DNA of 18,376 nucleotides from a virus (Duplodnaviria; Heunggongvirae; Uroviricota; Caudoviricetes): IMG/VR virus record IMGVR_UViG_2695420859_000010; one strand, 5' to 3'. Shown piece by piece: positions 12,818 to 18,376 of this stretch (position 1 is its first letter; each line of letters starts with the position of its first letter). The notes under the pieces were generated by a model. It saw only the letters and a program-made list of their open reading frames with translations, ran no database searches and was not told where the DNA came from. The position numbers and the translations under genes were made by a program.

Positions 12818-12840
12818 GAACCGCTGAGGCGGTTTTTTTA
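12818..12840 (+). terminator. Terminator-like hairpin plus T-tract between the GT chaperone and the tape measure gene
   Basis: GAACCGC-TGAG-GCGGTT followed by TTTTTTTAC. The stem is identical to the hairpin at 5255-5271. Confidence 0.45.
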
Positions 12841-12857
12841 CGCCCGGAGAAAGGTGA

Positions 12858-15800
12858 ATGGCGACGTTACGTGAACTGATTATCAAAATTTCGGCAAATT
12901 CACAGTCATTCCAGTCGGAGATCCAGCGAGCGTCCCGTATGGGCAGTGAATATTACCGGACCCTGCAGAATGGCGGGCGTCAGGCCGCTGCGGCAGCCCG
13001 GGAGCAGCGACGTGCCCTGGCAGAACTGAACAGCCAGTTGACGGAAATCCGCGCTTCGGCTGTCGGAATGACCGGTGCGTTTGCCGGTGCCTTTGCCACC
13101 GGACACCTGATTTCACTGGCGGATGAGTGGAGTTCCGTGAATGCCCGTCTGAAACAGGCATCACAGTCATCCGATGAATTTTCGTCATCACAGAAAGTGC
13201 TGATGGATATCAGTCAGCGGACAGGTACCGCTTTTTCGGATAATGCGGCCCTGTTTGCCCGTTCGGCAGCCTCGATGCGTGAATATGGTTACAGTGCTGA
13301 TGATGTGCTGAAGGTGACGGAGGCCATTTCCACGGGGCTGAAAATCTCCGGTGCCAGTACGGCTGAGGCGGGTTCGGTGATCACCCAGTTCAGCCAGGCG
13401 CTGGCACAGGGTGTGTTGCGCGGTGAGGAATTTAATTCGGTCAATGAAAGTGGTGACCGGATCATTCGTGCACTGGCTGCAGGCATGGGCGTGGCCCGTA
13501 AAGATCTGAAGGCGATGGCGGACGATGGTCAACTGACGGCGGATAAAGTCGTTCCTGCGTTAATCAGCCAGCTGGAGGTATTGCGTGATGAATACGCGGC
13601 CATGCCGGAAACGGTCTCTGACGGGATCACAAAGGTGGAAAACGCCTTTATGGCCTGGGTGGGTGGTGCGAATGAGGCCAGCGGGGTGACAAAAACGCTC
13701 TCCGGCGTGCTGAACGGTGTTGCCGGTAATATTGATAATGTGGCAACAGCCGCGGGGGCGCTGGTTGCCGTCGGGGTTGCCCGGTACTTTGGCAATATGG
13801 CCTCCGGAGCGGTGTCTGCCACGGCAGGACTTGTGACGGCTGCACGTAATGAAGTTGCACTGGCGGAAGCACAGTTCAGGGGAACGCAGATTGCCACGGC
13901 GCGGGCAAGGGCAGCCGTGTACCGTGCTCAGCAGGCCGTGGCGGCAGCCCGCGGGACGGAGATGCAGATTGCAGCAGAGGCCCGTCTGGCGGCCACACAG
14001 GAACGCCTGAACAGAAATATTGCTGCCAGAAGCGCCGCCCAGAATGCGCTGAACAGTACAACGGCGGTGGGCTCACGTCTGATGAGCGGTGCGCTGGGGC
14101 TGGTTGGTGGCGTACCCGGACTGGTGATGCTGGGGGCTGCAGCATGGTACACGCTGTACCAGAATCAGGAGCAGGCCAGGGAGTCTGCGCGCCAGTATGC
14201 ACTGACGATAGATGAAATCGCGCATAAAACGCCGTCAATGTCTCTGCCTGAAGCCTCAGATAATGAAGGACGAACACGGGCGGCGCTGACAGAGCAGAAC
14301 CGGCTGATTGATGAACAGGCCAGTCGGGTGAAATCCCTGCAGGAAAAAATCGCAGGATATCAGTATGTTCTGGCGAACCCGGGCTGGACGACCGGTGACG
14401 GATTCATGATAAACCATCTGACATCGGTGAAGACCGTAACGGAAGGGCTTGCTCAGGCAACAGAGCAGCTTGCCGTTGAGCAGTCCCGTCTGGCACAGAT
14501 GCAGGAAAAAGCGCAGTCCATTCAGGATGTGCTTGCCGGGCTGGAAGACCGTCGTGTGGCGTTAATTCGTCAGCAGGCGGCAGAGCAGAATAAGGTGTAC
14601 CAGTCCATGCTGGTTATGAACGGTCAGCATACGGAATTCAACCGTCTGCTGGGGCTGGGTAATGAACTGCTTCAGCAGCGGCAGGGACTGGTGAATGTGC
14701 CGTTACGGCTGCCACAGGCCACTCTGGATGATAAACAGCAGAGTGCCCTGACAAAAACAGAGCGTGAGCTGGCCCTGTCCAGACTGAAAGGGGAAGAAAA
14801 AGAGCGTGCCCGGCTGGGGTATGCGGCGGATGACCTTGGTTTTGTGGGGGATTCGTATCAGGAGGCGAGACAGCGTTATATCAGTAATGCTCTGGAAGCC
14901 TGGCGTAATAACGAGGCGAACAAACCTAAATCCCGGGGTGGAAAATCAGAGACGGAAAAAGCGGAAGACAGTTTTTCCCGGCTACTGAAGCAGCAGAAAG
15001 AGCAACTGGCACTGGCGGGTCAGAATACAGAGCTGGCGAAGCTGAAGTACCAGACTGCGCAGGGCGAACTGAAAACCCTGACGGAGATGCAGAAGCAGGA
15101 ACTGCTGCGTAACGCGGCCCTGATTGACCAGCAAAAAATCCGGGAACAGTTGCGATCCCGGGAAGAGACCCTGAAGAATGATAATGTGGCTGCGCGTGCA
15201 TCAAATGAAGCCGAACTGCTGGGATACGGGCAGGGAGAACGAGCCAGGGAACGCATGCGGGAGTTGCAGCAGATCCGCGACAGCTTCCGCCAGAAGGATG
15301 CGGACCTTCAGTCTCAGTATCAGACCGGGGATATCAGTGAGGATTTTTACAGACAGGCACGGGCACAGAACGCGCAGTATCTGAGCGAACGCCTTAAGGA
15401 CCAGGCAGCCTTTTATGCCGAATCGGATGCGCAGCGTGCGGACTGGCAGAAAGGCTTGCAGGAGGGGCTCAGTAACTGGTTGGATAATGCGTCCGATTAC
15501 GCCTCACAGGCAGCACAGCTTGCGACGGAGGGTATCTCAGGGATGGTGAATAACATCACGGAGATGCTGAACGGAAATAAAGTGGAATGGCGCAGCTGGG
15601 CCTCATCAGTGCTGCAGGAAATATCAAAAGTTCTTATGAATGCCGCGATTGTCAACGGAATTAAGACGGCGGCAAACGGTATGTCCGGTGCGGGAGGATT
15701 TCTCGGCAGCATTGGTGACTGGCTGGGCGGGGCGGTGGCCAATGCAAAAGGCGGCGTGTATACCTCGGCAAACCTGAGTGCGTACAGCAACAGTATTGTG

Positions 15801-16100
15801 GATACGCCCACGTACTTTGCCTTTGCAAAAGGGGCCGGGCTGATGGGGGAGGCCGGACCTGAAGCCATTATGCCCCTGACGCGGGCGGCGGATGGCTCGC
15901 TGGGTGTGCGCGCGGTGGGTAGTATGTACGGCAGTGCGGGCCTGGTGTATTCCCCGGTCTACCATATCGCCATTCAGAATGACGGGACTAATGGCCAGAT
16001 AGGGCCGGAGGCGGCAGGCAGTCTTGTGCAGCTGATTGACCAGCGGGTGCAGGCGGTGATGCTGTCCATGCGACGTGACGGAGGAATGCTGAGTGGCTGA
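12858..16100 (+). CDS. H: Tail tape measure protein (lambda H-like)
   Basis: 1080-aa ORF, alanine/glutamine-rich with long coiled coils; C-terminal region (NDGTNGQIGPEAAGS ... RRDGGMLSG) resembles the lambda H C-terminus. Confidence 0.9.
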   Translation: MATLRELIIKISANSQSFQSEIQRASRMGSEYYRTLQNGGRQAAAAAREQRRALAELNSQLTEIRASAVGMTGAFAGAFATGHLISLADEWSSVNARLKQASQSSDEFSSSQKVLMDISQRTGTAFSDNAALFARSAASMREYGYSADDVLKVTEAISTGLKISGASTAEAGSVITQFSQALAQGVLRGEEFNSVNESGDRIIRALAAGMGVARKDLKAMADDGQLTADKVVPALISQLEVLRDEYAAMPETVSDGITKVENAFMAWVGGANEASGVTKTLSGVLNGVAGNIDNVATAAGALVAVGVARYFGNMASGAVSATAGLVTAARNEVALAEAQFRGTQIATARARAAVYRAQQAVAAARGTEMQIAAEARLAATQERLNRNIAARSAAQNALNSTTAVGSRLMSGALGLVGGVPGLVMLGAAAWYTLYQNQEQARESARQYALTIDEIAHKTPSMSLPEASDNEGRTRAALTEQNRLIDEQASRVKSLQEKIAGYQYVLANPGWTTGDGFMINHLTSVKTVTEGLAQATEQLAVEQSRLAQMQEKAQSIQDVLAGLEDRRVALIRQQAAEQNKVYQSMLVMNGQHTEFNRLLGLGNELLQQRQGLVNVPLRLPQATLDDKQQSALTKTERELALSRLKGEEKERARLGYAADDLGFVGDSYQEARQRYISNALEAWRNNEANKPKSRGGKSETEKAEDSFSRLLKQQKEQLALAGQNTELAKLKYQTAQGELKTLTEMQKQELLRNAALIDQQKIREQLRSREETLKNDNVAARASNEAELLGYGQGERARERMRELQQIRDSFRQKDADLQSQYQTGDISEDFYRQARAQNAQYLSERLKDQAAFYAESDAQRADWQKGLQEGLSNWLDNASDYASQAAQLATEGISGMVNNITEMLNGNKVEWRSWASSVLQEISKVLMNAAIVNGIKTAANGMSGAGGFLGSIGDWLGGAVANAKGGVYTSANLSAYSNSIVDTPTYFAFAKGAGLMGEAGPEAIMPLTRAADGSLGVRAVGSMYGSAGLVYSPVYHIAIQNDGTNGQIGPEAAGSLVQLIDQRVQAVMLSMRRDGGMLSG

Positions 16101-16434
16101 GATAAAAACGCTGCATCTGGTCCCGCGTGAAGGGATGCAGGTGAGTGAGAAGCCGTCGGTGGTGAGGGTGCGGTTTGGTGACGGTTATGAACAGCGCCGC
16201 CCCACAGGGCTGAATCCTCAACTGAAGACGTTTCAGGCGGTGTTCCGGGTGACGGATGAGTCAACCCGGCGCTGGCTGGAAGAGTTTTTATCGTGGCATG
16301 GTGGTTACCGTGCCTTTTTGTGGCGACCGCCGAAACATAACCGGACGGTGAGGGTTGTGTGCCGTGAGTGGAGTGTCACGGATAATGCCCGGTACAGTGA
16401 TTTCAGTTGCACGATAGAGCAGGTGGTGAACTGA
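16093..16434 (+). CDS. M: Minor tail protein M (tail tip assembly)
   Basis: 113 aa; motifs VRFGDGYEQRRPTGLNPQLKTF and HGGYRAFLWRPP match lambda gpM. GTG start overlaps the tape measure end. Confidence 0.9.
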   Translation: MAEIKTLHLVPREGMQVSEKPSVVRVRFGDGYEQRRPTGLNPQLKTFQAVFRVTDESTRRWLEEFLSWHGGYRAFLWRPPKHNRTVRVVCREWSVTDNARYSDFSCTIEQVVN

Positions 16435-17132
16435 TGCAGGATATTCACGAAGAAAGCCTGAACGAGTCGGTTAAGTCAGAGCAGTCACCGCGTGTGGTAC
16501 TCTGGGAAATCGACCTGACGGTGCAGGGCGGTGAGCGCTATTTTTTCTGCAATGAACTGAATGAAAAAGGGGAGCCGGTCACCTGGCAGGGGCGTGAATA
16601 TCAGGCGTACCCGATTGACGGCAGCGGCTTTGAGATGAACGGGAAGGGCAGCAGTGCCAGACCGTCGCTGACGGTGTCCAATCTGTTTGGCCTTGTCACC
16701 GGAATGGCGGAGGACCTGCAGAGCCTGGTGGGGGCCACGGTGGTCCGCCGCCGGGTGTATGCCCGTTTTCTGGATGCGGTGAATTTTGTGGCGGGCAATC
16801 CGGAAGCGGACCCGGAGCAGGAGCTGAGCGACCGCTGGGTGGTGGAGCAGATGTCAGAGCTGACGGCCATGACAGCCTCGTTTGTGCTGGCAACACCGAC
16901 GGAGACGGACGGAGCGCTGTTTCCCGGTCGCATTATGCTGGCGAATACCTGTATGTGGGATTACCGGGGAGATGAATGCGGGTATAACGGTCCTGCGGTG
17001 GCGGATGAGTTCGACAACCCCACCACGGATATCCGTAAGGACAGATGCAGCAAGTGCATGCGTGGGTGTGAACTGCGCAGGAATGTCGGCAATTTTGGCG
17101 GTTTCCTTTCCATTAATAAACTTTCGCAGTAA
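16434..17132 (+). CDS. L: Minor tail protein L (tail tip assembly)
   Basis: Start at ATG 16434 (MQDIHEESLNES...), overlapping the M stop (TGATG). Near-identical to lambda gpL across long stretches (VVLWEIDLT..GGERYFFCNE.NEKGEPVTWQGR.YQ.YPI; NVGNFGGFLSINKLSQ). Confidence 0.9.
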   Translation: MQDIHEESLNESVKSEQSPRVVLWEIDLTVQGGERYFFCNELNEKGEPVTWQGREYQAYPIDGSGFEMNGKGSSARPSLTVSNLFGLVTGMAEDLQSLVGATVVRRRVYARFLDAVNFVAGNPEADPEQELSDRWVVEQMSELTAMTASFVLATPTETDGALFPGRIMLANTCMWDYRGDECGYNGPAVADEFDNPTTDIRKDRCSKCMRGCELRRNVGNFGGFLSINKLSQ

Positions 17133-17142
17133 ATCCCGGTTT

Positions 17143-17886
17143 ATGACACAGACTGAATCAGCGATTCTGGCACATGCCCGGCGGTGTGCGCCTGCGGAGT
17201 CGTGCGGCTTCGTGATAAGCACGCCGGAGGGGGAGCGGTATATCCCTTGTGTGAATATTTCCGCAGAGCCGGAGGCGTATTTTCGTATCGCACCGGAAGA
17301 CTGGCTGCGGGCAGAGATGCAGGGGGAGATTGTGGCACTGGTCCACAGTCATCCCGGTGGGCTGCCCTGGCTGAGCGAGGCTGACCGGCGGCTGCAGATA
17401 AAAAGCGCACTGCCCTGGTGGCTGGTCTGCCGGGGTGACATTCACAAATTCCGCTGTGTGCCACATCTGACAGGACGGCGCTTTGAGCACGGGGTGACGG
17501 ACTGTTACACGCTGTTCCGGGATGCCTACCATCTGGCGGGAATTGATATGCCGGATTTTGAGCGTGAGGATGACTGGTGGCGTAACGGTCAGAACCTTTA
17601 CCTGGACAATATGGCGGTCACCGGCTTTTACCGGGTGCCCCTGTCCTCTGCACAGGCGGGCGATATCCTGCTGTGCTGCTTTGGCGCATCGGTGGCCAAT
17701 CATGCCGCCATATACTGCGGCAACGGTGAGCTGCTTCACCATCTGCCTGAACAACTGAGTAAACGGGAGAGGTATTCCGAAAAATGGCAACGACGAACGC
17801 ATTCAGCCTGGCGTCACCGCCACTGGCACGCATCTGCCTTCACGGGGATTTGCAACGATTTGGCCGCCGCCTCAGCCTGTATGTGA
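17143..17886 (+). CDS. K: Tail tip assembly protein K (JAB/MPN plus NlpC/P60 domains)
   Basis: Start at ATG 17143 (MTQTESAILAHARRCAPAESCGF...). HSHP metal-binding motif of the JAB/MPN domain and the Cys-His core of NlpC/P60 (GVTDCYTLFRDAYHLAG). The track ORF from 16882 overlaps L and is rejected. Confidence 0.9.
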   Translation: MTQTESAILAHARRCAPAESCGFVISTPEGERYIPCVNISAEPEAYFRIAPEDWLRAEMQGEIVALVHSHPGGLPWLSEADRRLQIKSALPWWLVCRGDIHKFRCVPHLTGRRFEHGVTDCYTLFRDAYHLAGIDMPDFEREDDWWRNGQNLYLDNMAVTGFYRVPLSSAQAGDILLCCFGASVANHAAIYCGNGELLHHLPEQLSKRERYSEKWQRRTHSAWRHRHWHASAFTGICNDLAAASACM

Positions 17887-18376
17887 ACACGGCAGCGGAA
17901 GCCATTCGCGCCCTGTCGATGCAGATGCCGGGCTTTCGCCGTCAGATGAACGAAGGCTGGTACCAGATACGTATTCGCGGTGAGGACACGGCACCGGAGG
18001 CGGTGTACGCCCGTCTTCACGAACAGCTGGGTGAGGGAACGGTCATCCACATTGTGCCGCGACTGGCCGGGGCCGGAAAGGGTGGACTGCAGATTGTGCT
18101 GGGGGCGGCAGCCATCGTGGGCTCTTTCTTCACTGCCGGGGCATCAATGGCGTTATGGGGTTCAGCCCTGGCAGCCGGTGGTTTTTCTGCCACCACGATG
18201 CTGTTTTCACTGGGGGCCAGCATGATACTGGGTGGTGTGGCTCAGATGCTTGCCCCGAAGGCTAAAGTACCGGAGTACAAAAGCACGGATAACGGTAAAC
18301 AGAACACGTACTTTTCCTCGCTGGATAACATGATTGCCCAGGGGAACCCGATGCCGGTGCCTTACGGTGAAATGCT
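17784..18376 (+). CDS. I: Tail tip assembly protein I, 3' end outside the window
   Basis: ATG at 17784 overlapping the K 3' end. Translation MATTNAFSLASPPLARICLHGDLQRFGRRLSLYVN ... GNPMPVPYGEM matches lambda gpI. Open to the window edge, so absent from the ORF track. Confidence 0.9.
   Translation, partial: MATTNAFSLASPPLARICLHGDLQRFGRRLSLYVNTAAEAIRALSMQMPGFRRQMNEGWYQIRIRGEDTAPEAVYARLHEQLGEGTVIHIVPRLAGAGKGGLQIVLGAAAIVGSFFTAGASMALWGSALAAGGFSATTMLFSLGASMILGGVAQMLAPKAKVPEYKSTDNGKQNTYFSSLDNMIAQGNPMPVPYGEM

Noticed and set aside
12170-12886. 238-aa minus-strand ORF across the chaperone genes
   Set aside because: Antisense to the G/GT chaperone region, whose + strand frame and frameshift site are well supported; Pro/Ser/Arg-rich artefact.
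13529-14277. Minus-strand ORFs (122 aa, 133 aa) inside the tape measure gene
   Set aside because: Antisense to an uninterrupted 1080-aa tape measure frame; Ala/Pro-rich translations are the expected antisense artefact of Ala/Gln-rich coding sequence.
16882-17142. Upstream extension of the K ORF
   Set aside because: The extension overlaps the 3' end of L in another frame. The lambda K homologue begins at MTQTESAIL (ATG 17143), so the upstream part is not coding for K.

Overview
This window is the late (lysis, packaging, morphogenesis) region of a lambdoid siphovirus prophage from an enterobacterial host (E. coli/Shigella-like). All convincing genes except one lie on the + strand. Order: tail end of the lysis cassette (signal-anchored GH24 endolysin, terminator hairpin, two small membrane ORFs, Rz/Rz1 spanins); an AT-rich moron with a minus-strand DUF3950/ribbon-helix-helix-like gene; the packaging module (HNH endonuclease, a palindrome-rich putative cos/terminase-binding region, small and large terminase); the head module (prohead protease-major capsid fusion, portal, a repeat-containing protein with a carbohydrate-binding-like C-terminus, connector, head closure); and the tail module (gp10-like, tail terminator-like, major tail protein with Ig-like domain, G/GT chaperone with a -1 frameshift site, tape measure, and lambda M, L, K, I homologues, I truncated at the window end). 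No single obviously novel multi-gene system stands out; the most unusual points are the GTTAAC palindrome array, the near-identical 162-bp intragenic tandem repeat, the conserved hairpin-plus-RBS cassettes before the capsid and major tail genes, the protease-capsid fusion with an internal in-frame start signal, and the small ORFs inserted in the lysis cassette and moron. All calls rest on reading the sequence and recalled family motifs; no database search was run. CDS end coordinates include the stop codon, as in the ORF track.
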